64,000 nucleotides of DNA from Syntrophobacterales bacterium (GCA_037388025.1 JARRKO010000009.1:25647-89646), one strand, 5' to 3'. Numbered from the stretch's first letter, positions 38,501 through 47,403 are shown. A program made the numbers and translations. Notes: a model not told the origin generated them from the sequence alone.

Positions 38501-38659
38501 GTTAACCAGGCCTTGTGTAAAGGTTGTGGCACCTGTGCGGCCAATTGTCCTTCTGAATGCATCACCTTGTTCGGCTTCAGCCATAAGCAGATCTACTCCC
38601 AAGTGGACGAGGCCCTCAAAGAACTGGAAGAGGAAATGGAGGAGGCCGCGGGAGCGTAA
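35576..38659 (+). CDS. hdrA: HdrA-like FAD/FeS heterodisulfide reductase subunit A, double-length, with in-frame UGA (selenocysteine) at 35768-35770
   Basis: Track ORFs 35576..35770 and 35837..38659 share one frame. Read-through gives [19 protein letters not shown], the position that is Cys or Sec in HdrA. Two FAD motifs ([31 protein letters not shown]) and several CxxCxxCxxxCP ferredoxin motifs. Confidence 0.85.
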
Positions 38660-38693
38660 GTTCAGTTAAACCGAGGAAAAACAGGAAACCGCT

Positions 38694-39125
38694 ATGTCTG
38701 AGAAGAAGTTCGAACCGAAAATTCTGGGGTTTTTCTGTAACTGGTGCACCTACGCCGGGGCCGACCTGGCGGGGGTGAGCCGTTTGCAATACCCGCCCAA
38801 CATCCGAGTTATCCGGGTGATGTGCTCCGGTACGGTTTCGCCTCATCATGTGCTGCGGGCTTTTCAAAAGGGGGCCGACGGCGTCCTCATCGGCGGCTGC
38901 CACATTGGGGACTGCCATTATCTCCGGGGCAATTACATGACCATCAAGCGCATCAGCTTTCTCCAGGAGCTTCTGAAGTTCACTGGGGTTGAGCCGGGTC
39001 GCCTCCACCTGGAATGGATTTCCGCCGCGGAAGGCCCCAAGTTGGCGCAAACTGTGCGGGACTTTACTGAAAAAATCAGGAAAATGGGACCTTCTCCCCT
39101 CAAACCTGCCAAACAGGCCGCTTGA
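38694..39125 (+). CDS. mvhD: MvhD-like (methyl-viologen-reducing hydrogenase delta subunit) iron-sulfur protein
   Basis: ILGFFCNWCTYAGADLAG, VMCSGTVSPHHVLRAFQKGADGVLIGGCHIGDCHY. Confidence 0.85.
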   Translation: MSEKKFEPKILGFFCNWCTYAGADLAGVSRLQYPPNIRVIRVMCSGTVSPHHVLRAFQKGADGVLIGGCHIGDCHYLRGNYMTIKRISFLQELLKFTGVEPGRLHLEWISAAEGPKLAQTVRDFTEKIRKMGPSPLKPAKQAA

Positions 39126-39153
39126 GTTGAGAATCAGTTAGAGGAATGACTCG

Positions 39154-39963
39154 ATGGACAATATCCGGAAAAAAGTCGAAAAACTATTTAAAGAAGGAAA
39201 GGTGGCGGGTTATCTGGGATACAAAATGGTGGAAGGACACTCGTTACCCTACCTTTTCACCCCGGACAATCCGGAGGAATTGGCGGAGTCCGTGGTGGCG
39301 CCAGGGAACGCCCGCTATCCTTTGGATAAATTGCTGCAGGTGTTAGCGGTTAATGACCCTGATGCCACCTTTGCAATCCAGGTGAGGGGCTGTGACGAAC
39401 GGGGCTTGAATGAGCTCTACAAATGGGGCCAGCTCGATCCGGAAAAAGTGGTGCTTGTGGGCATCGCCTGCCCCCAGGAGCAAGCGGATTATTGTGAATG
39501 CTTCGGGCCTTGGGCTTCGGTGATCGACTACGGTGAAAAATGTCAGCCGGTGGAAAAAAGCCTGCGGGTTTCCCGGGTGGAAGATCTAACCTCCACCGAC
39601 GCCTTGCAGGAGTGGTTGGGTCACTTCGCCCGCTGTGTCAAGTGCTACGGCTGCCGGGATGTCTGTCCCATGTGCTTCTGCAAGGAATGCAGTCTGGAAC
39701 ACCCCGAACTCATGAGTACCGGCAAAGTGCCCCCTGATTGCATTTTTCAGTTGGTGCGGGCCATTCACATGGCCGGGCGTTGCATCGATTGCGGCCTCTG
39801 TGAAGAAGCCTGCCCGGCGGATATTCCGCTAAGGGTTCTTTATAAGAAGGGCAACGCGCTGGTGAAAGAGTTTTTTGAATATGATACCGGCTCTCCGGTG
39901 GCCAGCCTTTCACCATGGAAATTTTTGGGTGATGAGGTCACCCTGGAGACTAAGCCGATGTAA
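39154..39963 (+). CDS. 4Fe-4S dicluster protein (FrhB/AsrA-like electron-transfer partner)
   Basis: CVKCYGCRDVCPMCFCKEC and CIDCGLCEEACP cluster motifs. Last gene of the hdrA-mvhD unit. Confidence 0.7.
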   Translation: MDNIRKKVEKLFKEGKVAGYLGYKMVEGHSLPYLFTPDNPEELAESVVAPGNARYPLDKLLQVLAVNDPDATFAIQVRGCDERGLNELYKWGQLDPEKVVLVGIACPQEQADYCECFGPWASVIDYGEKCQPVEKSLRVSRVEDLTSTDALQEWLGHFARCVKCYGCRDVCPMCFCKECSLEHPELMSTGKVPPDCIFQLVRAIHMAGRCIDCGLCEEACPADIPLRVLYKKGNALVKEFFEYDTGSPVASLSPWKFLGDEVTLETKPM

Positions 39964-39985
39964 TGACTTTTCTCCTTCTCCTCTG

Positions 39986-40012
39986 GGCGGTCCTCCTGGG
40001 ACCGCCTTTTTT
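39986..40012 (+). terminator. Intrinsic terminator of the hdrA operon
   Basis: ggcggtcc (39986-39993) / ggaccgcc (39999-40006), followed by tttttt. Confidence 0.8.
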
Positions 40013-40014
40013 AT

Positions 40015-40600
40015 TGAGGGCAGTCACTCATGAGCCAGTAGCTCTCTCAAAACCATGAAAAGACCTGGTGGCACAGGTGGACTCACCTGTGCTTGGTCGT
40101 GGTAGGGGCTGTCCCCCGACTGAAGGGTAACTTCTCGCAGGATCAACTCATGGTGCGCAGTTATAGGGCGTGCCGTGCACACCAGGCGGCGCCACGGGCC
40201 GCCCTATAAAAAACAGGGCGGGTTTGAAACCCGCCCCTACGTGTTTAGTGCCGCAGGGCCGTAGGACGATAAAGCGCAGCGCATCCCGCCTTTTACATTT
40301 TTTCAAGCGGTCAGTCATGAGCCGGCGGCTCTCCCAAAATCATTAATTCCAAGTTGCCATCAAACAGGTAGGGGCGGGGTCACCCCGCCCGAAAAAAAGG
40401 TTGCCTCACCAATGCCGGGCGGGGAGACCCCGCCCCTACGGGACCACGTTTCAAATTTTACAGGTTTGATGGCAACTTGGTATAAAAGGTTGGTAGGGCA
40501 GGCGTGCCGCCTGCCATCATGGTACGAAAAGCGCATCCTATATTCACTTTACACCCGAACTTTGAACTTTGAACTTATCCGGGCAGCACTCGGTGCTTGT
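40015..40600. repeat. ~590-bp mosaic of REP-like hairpin modules and short direct/inverted repeats
   Basis: At least 8 GTAG/CTAC-headed hairpins (40067-40092, 40161-40209, 40216-40240, 40369-40392, 40416-40440, 40492-40515). Direct repeat 40021-40056 vs 40309-40343. 17-bp inverted repeats at 40349-40365 / 40464-40480. Tandem ctttgaac at 40557-40576. Confidence 0.8.
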
Positions 40601-40604
40601 GGCT

Positions 40605-41045
40605 TTAGTGGGTATCTTCCAAAATCAATTGCCTGCCCTGGCGGGTCCTTAGATTAATAACCACCGGCCCCATCAAGTTGGCCGTCATTTCCTGAGGCTT
40701 GCCCGGGGGGATGGTCAAGATCACTAAAATCTTAAAATCTTCGGGACGTTCCACCTCCAGCTCCTGCATAACTTTGGTAAGGAGGGTAGGTTGAAAGTCA
40801 GACAGGAGACAGCGGGGGTCGATGACCACAAAGGCCAGGTCCGGTTTGTCCAGGCACTGCAGCCACAGAAAAGGGGCTTCTCGATGATGCTCAATCAGGA
40901 CATAGCGGTGATACCGGGAAAAACCCAAGAGGCCTGGCTGCAGGAAAATGATCTGGTCCGGCCGCACGTTTATGGAACCGAAATTTCGGATCTTGACAGG
41001 GAAGCCACCCGGGTCAGGAGATGTGGTCTGCAGATTGGAGGCCAT
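40605..41045 (-). CDS. fliW: Flagellar assembly factor FliW
   Basis: FGSINVRPDQIIFLQPGLLGF, FLWLQCLD, FVVIDP, MTANLMGPVVIN. Start at ATG 41045. Confidence 0.85.
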   Translation of the reverse strand: MASNLQTTSPDPGGFPVKIRNFGSINVRPDQIIFLQPGLLGFSRYHRYVLIEHHREAPFLWLQCLDKPDLAFVVIDPRCLLSDFQPTLLTKVMQELEVERPEDFKILVILTIPPGKPQEMTANLMGPVVINLRTRQGRQLILEDTH

Positions 41046-41050
41046 GATTC

Positions 41051-41281
41051 TTATTCCCGTTTCCACAGCTGGGCGACCTCTGTGACGTCTATATCCCGAG
41101 TCCCCGCAGCCTGAAGGTTCTCTTCTTGAATGCGTCGATAGATTTCTTCCCGGAGGACGACCACGCTGGTAGGGGCCTCGATGCCCAGCCTGATTTGCTT
41201 ACCGCGAATCTCAAGGATCGTTATGCGGATGTCATCTCCGATGAAGAGGCCTTCGCCGGATTTTCTGGTTAAAATCAGCAA
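41051..41281 (-). CDS. csrA: Carbon storage regulator CsrA
   Basis: (TTG)[36 protein letters not shown]...VLREEIY. AGGAAGG RBS. Confidence 0.9.
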   Translation of the reverse strand: MLILTRKSGEGLFIGDDIRITILEIRGKQIRLGIEAPTSVVVLREEIYRRIQEENLQAAGTRDIDVTEVAQLWKRE

Positions 41282-41414
41282 GGTTACCTTCCTGGTTCCC
41301 GATGGGTTGGATTAAAAGACCGTACCCCCAGCCTCAGCCAATCAGTAAAAAAACCTCCTTATCCTCAAGATGGCGGCCTTCACATTTCCGCCAGGCCGGA
41401 TTTCTGTCAAATTT

Positions 41415-42584
41415 TTATAAATAGTCCATTAGGCTCATCTCCATGACCTTGGAGGATGAGAGGAGCGCCGCCTGGTAGGCCGTCTCTTTGGCCGACAAGA
41501 GATTGGCTGCGGCCACCAGGTCAGTATCGCCCCGGTCGCTGATTTGCTTGGTGAGTTCATCCTTAAGATAGCCAGAAATGTTCTCTTTCATGGCGACTCT
41601 ATCCAAAGAAGCCCCCAGGCCGGCCAAAATTGAGGTGATATGCGACTCGTAAGCGCGCAATCTTTCCAAGGAGGCCCCCACCTCTTCGGAATCATTAGCC
41701 TCCAGGCTGCCTTTGAGTTGTGCCAGGATTTGGAAAAGATCATTACTTCCCAGATCGCCACCTATGGCTTCACTGCCGATTTCATTGACCACTAGGCGAC
41801 TTTGCGATCCTATGGCGATTTCAATGTCGTGGGTATCCCCCTGATATTCAATCGGCCGATAAACCGAAATACTAAAAATGTCCCCTGCCACCCAGGTGCC
41901 CCCCATGGTCACTTCCACCCCGTCCCCTAAAGCCACCGGACCGGCTGGGATGACGGCCGGGGTGGTCCAGGTTTGGCCGCCATTAACCGAAACCCGATAC
42001 GTGCCCACCCCGGTTCCGCCTCCGGATACCACCTCCACCAGATAGGTGCGGCTGGCGTCACCGGTATAGGTCCCTCCGGGCATGGCGGTCCCGGTAGAGC
42101 CGGACTGTAAATACATTACCGGGGACTGCACCGCCCAGGCTCCCTCCACAAAGGGAGGACTATCGGTGGAATAACCCGCCAGGATATGTTGTCCCTCCAG
42201 TTCGGTGTTCCCCACTTGCATGATTTCCTCGATACATCCCTGAATCTGCTGGGCCGCAGCCTGGCGCTGAGAGGCGTTATACGTCCCCGTGGCCATCTGA
42301 TTGGCCAAAGCCATACTGGTCTGGACCATGTCAGTAATATTCTGTAACGCTGACAGGGTTGTGCTCAACCAGCTCTTGGCGGTATCAAGGTTCCTGTCAT
42401 ACTGCACCATCTGGCTTTCTTCCTGCGTCAATCCCAGGATGGCCCCCACGTCCACGGGACTGTCGTTGATACTCTGATATTTCTTGCCAGAGGCCATGCT
42501 TGCATTTATCATTTGCAAATCCTCTGCCAAACGCTGTAAGTTACTTTGAATACTGGTATAAATGGTGGACATGGTCACTCGCAC
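41415..42584 (-). CDS. flgL: Flagellar hook-associated protein 3 FlgL
   Basis: Flagellin-like N-terminus (STIYTSIQSNLQRLAEDLQ) and C-terminus (AYQAALLSSSKVMEMSLMDYL). GTG start 8 nt after AAGGAG. Confidence 0.85.
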   Translation of the reverse strand: MRVTMSTIYTSIQSNLQRLAEDLQMINASMASGKKYQSINDSPVDVGAILGLTQEESQMVQYDRNLDTAKSWLSTTLSALQNITDMVQTSMALANQMATGTYNASQRQAAAQQIQGCIEEIMQVGNTELEGQHILAGYSTDSPPFVEGAWAVQSPVMYLQSGSTGTAMPGGTYTGDASRTYLVEVVSGGGTGVGTYRVSVNGGQTWTTPAVIPAGPVALGDGVEVTMGGTWVAGDIFSISVYRPIEYQGDTHDIEIAIGSQSRLVVNEIGSEAIGGDLGSNDLFQILAQLKGSLEANDSEEVGASLERLRAYESHITSILAGLGASLDRVAMKENISGYLKDELTKQISDRGDTDLVAAANLLSAKETAYQAALLSSSKVMEMSLMDYL

Positions 42585-42596
42585 GGCAGGGACTCC

Positions 42597-44312
42597 TTAT
42601 TTCTTTATAGATAACAGGGTTTGATAGAGCTCATCCGCCACACTCACCAGCCGGGCTGCGGCCTGATAGGCTCGCTGGAATTTCACCAGGTTGGTCAATT
42701 CCTCGTCCAGAGATACTCCCGAGAACGCATCCCGCATTTGGGAGAGTTGCTCCACCAAACCTTGATAAAAAGTTTCCTGGTTTCCCGCTTCCTGGGCCTC
42801 TAAACCCAAAGACATAACCAGGCTCTGATATGCTTCCCCCAAGGTCAGACCGCCCGTCCCCACTGGTGTGTCTTCCAGGTCCGCCAGGGCCAGGGCATTG
42901 CGGTTATCCCCCACGGCGTGCTCTCCGGTGGCGTCAATTTGTCCCGCCGCCACCAGATCCGGATCGTTTAATACCCAAGCATTGACTCCTAAAGTATAGG
43001 CTTTATCGCCGGTGAAATAGGTGTTGACTCCCAAGGCTGTGAGGACATGGCTGTCGTCCCCGGCGAAGCCGAAGATGTCAGAAGCTAAATTAGTTTCTAT
43101 TTTTAAGGAGTTATCTTCAACAGAGGCGGTGAGGTAGGTGCTCAAAATCGGATGGGTGTTGATGCTCACCACCAGGTCGTTCAGGGATAAGCTTGGGTCT
43201 ATGGCAATGGTGTCCATCACCAGGGGCTCGCCGTCCCGGTCCACGGATATTTGTAAAGTGCCCACGACGATCTGGTTACCCAAGGGAAGGGAAGTGGACA
43301 TAGCCACAGCCGGATCGCTGACCTGGTAGGTGCCCTTAGTCTGGGAAAATAACTCCAGGCCCACCCCCTGGCTGTGCTGGTCGTTGACGGCGATGATGAG
43401 ATTTTTGGCCAGTTGGTCCAATTCTTGCTGATACCTGTGAATAACTTCATCCCGGGTTTGGATGAGCGCGGTAAGTTCGCCGCTGCTGAGGATACTGGTA
43501 TCAATTTGTTCGGTGATTCCCCCCGGTCCTTGCCAGATCAATTCCACGGTATCGGGCGCGCTTATTTGGTAAGTCAGGTCAAAGGAAACCACTCCCTGAA
43601 CCAGGGGGAGCCCGTTGGGCAAGGCGACACTCAGAGTGCCGTCGCCGGTGGTATAGGTTTGTACGTCGATGAGCTCGGACAGCCGGGAAACCTCCAATTC
43701 TCGCTGGTCCCTTAAATCATTGGCGTTTTGCCCATCCGCTTCTGATTCCACAATCTCCCGGGTAAGTTGAGCAATGTTCGCCGCATAGCTGTTAATTTCT
43801 TCGATGGTGGGGCTGATTTGCTGGAGGAGATTAGCCCGCTCCTGAACCAGTTGGTTGGCCCGGGAGTTAAAGGCGTCACATAAGCTCAGGCTTTGGTAGA
43901 GCAGGGCTTGACGTTCTCCGGCCCCGGTGGGATTGTCCGCCAGGTCGTTTAAGGCCGCAAAGAATTGGGAAAACAGCTCGTTCAGGCCCCCGTCCTGGGT
44001 CTCGTTGAAGTAGGTGGCTATTTGCTCCAACACGTCCGAGCGGGTCTGGTAATAGGACAGTACCGAGTTTTTATCATTCAAGCGGGCGGTGACAAAAGGA
44101 TCAAAGGCCCGCTCGATCCCTCGGACGTCGACCCCCGTGCCCAGGGGACCATAGGAAGAGGGCACCGGTGTGGCCGTGACCAAATTGACCCGTTGGCGGG
44201 AATAGCCCTCCGTATTGACATTGGCTATATTGTGGCCGGTGACTTCCACTCCCAACTGCTCGGCCAGCAAAGCCTTGGTGGCGATTTGTAGAATACTGGA
44301 TATGCCTGACAT
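42597..44312 (-). CDS. flgK: Flagellar hook-associated protein 1 FlgK
   Basis: MSGISSILQIATKALLAEQLGVEVTGHNIANVNTEGYSRQ at the N-terminus. C-terminus: LTNLVKFQRAYQAAARLVSVADELYQTLL. Confidence 0.9.
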   Translation of the reverse strand: MSGISSILQIATKALLAEQLGVEVTGHNIANVNTEGYSRQRVNLVTATPVPSSYGPLGTGVDVRGIERAFDPFVTARLNDKNSVLSYYQTRSDVLEQIATYFNETQDGGLNELFSQFFAALNDLADNPTGAGERQALLYQSLSLCDAFNSRANQLVQERANLLQQISPTIEEINSYAANIAQLTREIVESEADGQNANDLRDQRELEVSRLSELIDVQTYTTGDGTLSVALPNGLPLVQGVVSFDLTYQISAPDTVELIWQGPGGITEQIDTSILSSGELTALIQTRDEVIHRYQQELDQLAKNLIIAVNDQHSQGVGLELFSQTKGTYQVSDPAVAMSTSLPLGNQIVVGTLQISVDRDGEPLVMDTIAIDPSLSLNDLVVSINTHPILSTYLTASVEDNSLKIETNLASDIFGFAGDDSHVLTALGVNTYFTGDKAYTLGVNAWVLNDPDLVAAGQIDATGEHAVGDNRNALALADLEDTPVGTGGLTLGEAYQSLVMSLGLEAQEAGNQETFYQGLVEQLSQMRDAFSGVSLDEELTNLVKFQRAYQAAARLVSVADELYQTLLSIKK

Positions 44313-44345
44313 TCAATCCGCTCGTGGTTGGTGGCTTTTGCCTCT

Positions 44346-44741
44346 TTAAGCCTGTCGATGAAAAAATGAGTTTCCCGGGGTGGCTTCCACCTTACCGGCC
44401 GCGTGATAGATTCCCGGAGGGGCGGACTGCAGGTACCTCAAGAAATCCTGGATCGTTTCCAGCGCCGCCACAATGAGGCGTTGGTTGCGGGATTGAGCGT
44501 CGGCCACCTGATGGCGCCAGCGCTGCAACTCCTCGGCTTCCGGCCCGCTGGGCTGGATTGGGTTCCCCCCGGCGATTTTTTCCAGGATGTGCTCTTTTTC
44601 GGCGGCCAGTGTCAGAATGGCATCTTCTTGGGAGGTGATTAGGGCCTGCCATTCTTTTTCCAAGCAATCAAAGAGTTTTTGATACAGCTGGATCAGCTCC
44701 TGGGGGGTCAGTCCCCCCAGGCTTGAGGAGATTTCCTGCAT
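44346..44741 (-). CDS. flgN: FlgN-family flagellar chaperone
   Basis: 131-aa helical protein directly upstream of flgK (LIQLYQKLFDCLEKEWQALITSQEDAI). AAGGAG RBS. Confidence 0.55.
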   Translation of the reverse strand: MQEISSSLGGLTPQELIQLYQKLFDCLEKEWQALITSQEDAILTLAAEKEHILEKIAGGNPIQPSGPEAEELQRWRHQVADAQSRNQRLIVAALETIQDFLRYLQSAPPGIYHAAGKVEATPGNSFFHRQA

Positions 44742-45519
44742 GGTGATTCTCCTTTTGAGATGGAGACTCCAAAGGGGCCAGATTCTGGAGTATTTCGGAG
44801 GCCAGCCCCAGTCCGCCGCCGGCGGCCAAAGCCCGTGCCAGCTGCTGGTTGGCTATACTTAAATAACCTTTGAGACCCTTGGGGCTGGAGCCGACGGAAT
44901 CAACCATGGACCGCCGCATTATCTCCAAGAGCTGCCCCAGGAAAATGGCTTCCACTTCAATAGCGGCCTGGAGGCGGCGATGCTCATCGGTGGCTCCCCC
45001 TTTGTTCAAGCCATACTGCTGCAGCAGACTCAAGGGCTCGGACAGTTGGGTTTGTTGTTTTAATGGCTCAGTCCTTAAAGACCTTGGAGAAGATGGCCTT
45101 AAACCGGCAAATGATCTGAATTTTGGTTCAATGTGCCAGGTTTCCCCTTTGGATAACGCCGGTAAATGCAGTCCATTTTCATCCAGCATCTCTGGGGTTA
45201 TTTTCTCGGCTTGCTTCTGATCCACATCCACGGCAAGTCCTCGGGGATGCATGGCATGCGAGTGATTTGCCGGCAAGGCCAAATCAGGTTTTTCCAGATG
45301 TGCCTGAGCTTGTTCAGCTTTGGTTCTGTAAGTATCGGTTAATATCAAGGGTGTCTGGTAGGTCTCATAGAAATCCTCAGCCAATTCCTTGAGTTGTTTC
45401 TGGAAGGCAGGTTGCAATCGGTTAAATCTGCCGCTTTTATCAATAAGGGTATTATCCGAACTCACTCCTTGGGAGTGGGTTGAGGTTAAAGGGTGCTGAG
45501 GCATTAGGTTCGATATCAT
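44668..45519 (-). CDS. FlgJ-like protein: N-terminal M15 (LAS-family) peptidoglycan peptidase plus C-terminal rod-binding domain
   Basis: M15 zinc motifs HPRGLAVD (HxxGxAxD) and ETWHIE. Rod-binding-like segment at the C-terminus (AAIEVEAIFLGQLLEIMRRSM). Located between flgI and flgN. Confidence 0.7.
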   Translation of the reverse strand: MISNLMPQHPLTSTHSQGVSSDNTLIDKSGRFNRLQPAFQKQLKELAEDFYETYQTPLILTDTYRTKAEQAQAHLEKPDLALPANHSHAMHPRGLAVDVDQKQAEKITPEMLDENGLHLPALSKGETWHIEPKFRSFAGLRPSSPRSLRTEPLKQQTQLSEPLSLLQQYGLNKGGATDEHRRLQAAIEVEAIFLGQLLEIMRRSMVDSVGSSPKGLKGYLSIANQQLARALAAGGGLGLASEILQNLAPLESPSQKENHHAGNLLKPGGTDPPGADPAVSKTL

Positions 45520-45528
45520 GAGCCGTTC

Positions 45529-46686
45529 CTAGATAATCTCCAATTCCGCCTGCAGGGCCCCGGCCGCCTTGATGGCCTGCAGGATGGTGATGAGGTCCCG
45601 GGGCGTTACGCCGATGGCGTTGAGGGCCTGCACCACCTGGCCGATGCTCACCCCTTCCGGCATTACCATGAGGCGGTTTTCCCCTTCCCTGACTGTGACG
45701 GTGCTGTCCGGGACCACGGCGGTCTGCCCCTCGGAGAAGGGCAAGGGCTGTGAAATCCGGGGTTTTTCCTTGATCCGCACCATAAGGTTGCCGTGGGCAA
45801 TGGCCACCGTGGAAATCCTGACATTGGACCCCATGACCACGGTGCCGTTGCGTTCGTCCATGATCACTTTGGCTACACTGTCGGGGATGACCTCTAAGTT
45901 TTCCAAAGAGGCCAATAGCGGTACCACCCGACCTTTGTAAAGGGGGGGCAATTTAACGTTTATAGTACCCTCGTCCCGGGACAGGGCGTAATTCCCCCCC
46001 AGGGCCTTGTTGATCGCGGCCACGGCCCGCTGGGCCGTGGTGAAATCCGCTTCATGCAGGGAAAGGGTGAAATTGTCTTTGTCCAGGAGATCCAGAGAAA
46101 TTTCTTTTTCCACCGTGGCCCCGCAGGCGATGCGTCCCGCGGTGGGATGATTCTTGGTGACCCCGCCCCCGGCCTGGCCGCTGGCGGCAAAGCCGCCCAC
46201 CACCACCGGCCCCTGGGCCAGGGCATACACCTGGCTATCCACCCCTTTGAGGGGAGTCAGCAGCAGGGTCCCACCTTGCAGGCTCTTGGCGTCTCCCATG
46301 GAGGACACCACCACGTCAATTTTGGAGCCCACCCGGGCGAAGGGCGGGAGCAGGGCGGTTACTGCTACGGCTGCTATATTTTTGACTTTGATCTTGTCCC
46401 GAGCGGAGTTGATACCCAGGCGGGAGAGCATGTTAGCCAATTCCTGGGTATTGAAATCCACATTGTTGCCGTCGCCAGTGCCGTTCAGGCCCACCACCAG
46501 ACCATTGCCGATGAGCTGATTGGGTCTTACCCCTTTAAAATTGGCGATGTCCTTCAAGCGAATGGCTGCGGCCGACTGCGCCAGTGGCCCCAAAATCAGG
46601 ATCAGGGCCGCCAGCAGGCTGAGACCCTGGCGGAGCCACACCCCTGGATAAAGATCAAGAGAATTTAAGTGGCGCTTAGGTTCCAT
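45529..46686 (-). CDS. flgI: Flagellar P-ring protein FlgI
   Basis: IRLKDIANFKGVRPNQLIGNGLVVGLNGTGD...ALNAIGVTPRDLITILQAIKAAGALQAELEII. Confidence 0.93.
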   Translation of the reverse strand: MEPKRHLNSLDLYPGVWLRQGLSLLAALILILGPLAQSAAAIRLKDIANFKGVRPNQLIGNGLVVGLNGTGDGNNVDFNTQELANMLSRLGINSARDKIKVKNIAAVAVTALLPPFARVGSKIDVVVSSMGDAKSLQGGTLLLTPLKGVDSQVYALAQGPVVVGGFAASGQAGGGVTKNHPTAGRIACGATVEKEISLDLLDKDNFTLSLHEADFTTAQRAVAAINKALGGNYALSRDEGTINVKLPPLYKGRVVPLLASLENLEVIPDSVAKVIMDERNGTVVMGSNVRISTVAIAHGNLMVRIKEKPRISQPLPFSEGQTAVVPDSTVTVREGENRLMVMPEGVSIGQVVQALNAIGVTPRDLITILQAIKAAGALQAELEII

Positions 46687-46701
46687 CCCTTACCCATCCG
46701 C

Positions 46702-47403
46702 TTAAAACGGCCAGACGTGATCAAGTATGCGCTGGCCCCATCCCACTCGCTGCTTGTCGGACACCACCCCGGCGCCGGAAATCATCACCCGCGCGTCCGC
46801 CACTTTGGTGGAGGGCACCATATTATTGCGGTCGATGTCATCAGGCCGGACTATGCCGGTTAGGGTCACTATTTCGGTCTCATTATTGATGCGCATGTTC
46901 CGGCGTCCCTGGATGGCGAGGTTCTTATTGGGAAGCACCTGGATCACCCGGGCCGTCAGATAGGAGGTGAAACTGCTTTGCCGTTCCGTCTTACCCTCAC
47001 CTTGCGCAACGTTGCCCACCGTGCCTTCTAAAGCGGTGTCCACAACCACATCTTTGTTGGTAAAGGCTTTCATGGGAAAGCTGAGGCCTAGCAGGGAGGT
47101 AATACCTACTTTGACACCGGAATCCCTACTGGTATTGGTATTGGCGATTTCACTGGCCTTGGAGGTTTCCGTGATGCTGATGGTGACCAGATCGCCCACA
47201 CTGGACGCCCGGTTATCCGCTGACAGCCCGTTGGTTTGAGTGCCGTTCCACAACGAGCCTTCCTGAACCACGGCCGTAGGCGGCAAGGGTTGGCTGTCTA
47301 TCGGCACCTCCGGAGCATATTTGGCCATGGACAGATGACCGCAGCCGGCCAGGACCAGAACTAACCACGCCGGAAGCCAAACGCGACAGGAATACCTTTT
47401 CAT
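46702..47403 (-). CDS. flgH: Flagellar L-ring lipoprotein FlgH
   Basis: Lipobox VLAGC; GDLVTISITE; LTGIVRPDDI. Confidence 0.9.
   Translation of the reverse strand: MKRYSCRVWLPAWLVLVLAGCGHLSMAKYAPEVPIDSQPLPPTAVVQEGSLWNGTQTNGLSADNRASSVGDLVTISITETSKASEIANTNTSRDSGVKVGITSLLGLSFPMKAFTNKDVVVDTALEGTVGNVAQGEGKTERQSSFTSYLTARVIQVLPNKNLAIQGRRNMRINNETEIVTLTGIVRPDDIDRNNMVPSTKVADARVMISGAGVVSDKQRVGWGQRILDHVWPF

Noticed and set aside
40015-40600. Possible CRISPR array, given the many short palindromic repeats
   Set aside because: The repeats are heterogeneous families in both orientations with irregular spacing. There is no constant direct repeat, no unique spacers and no cas genes.
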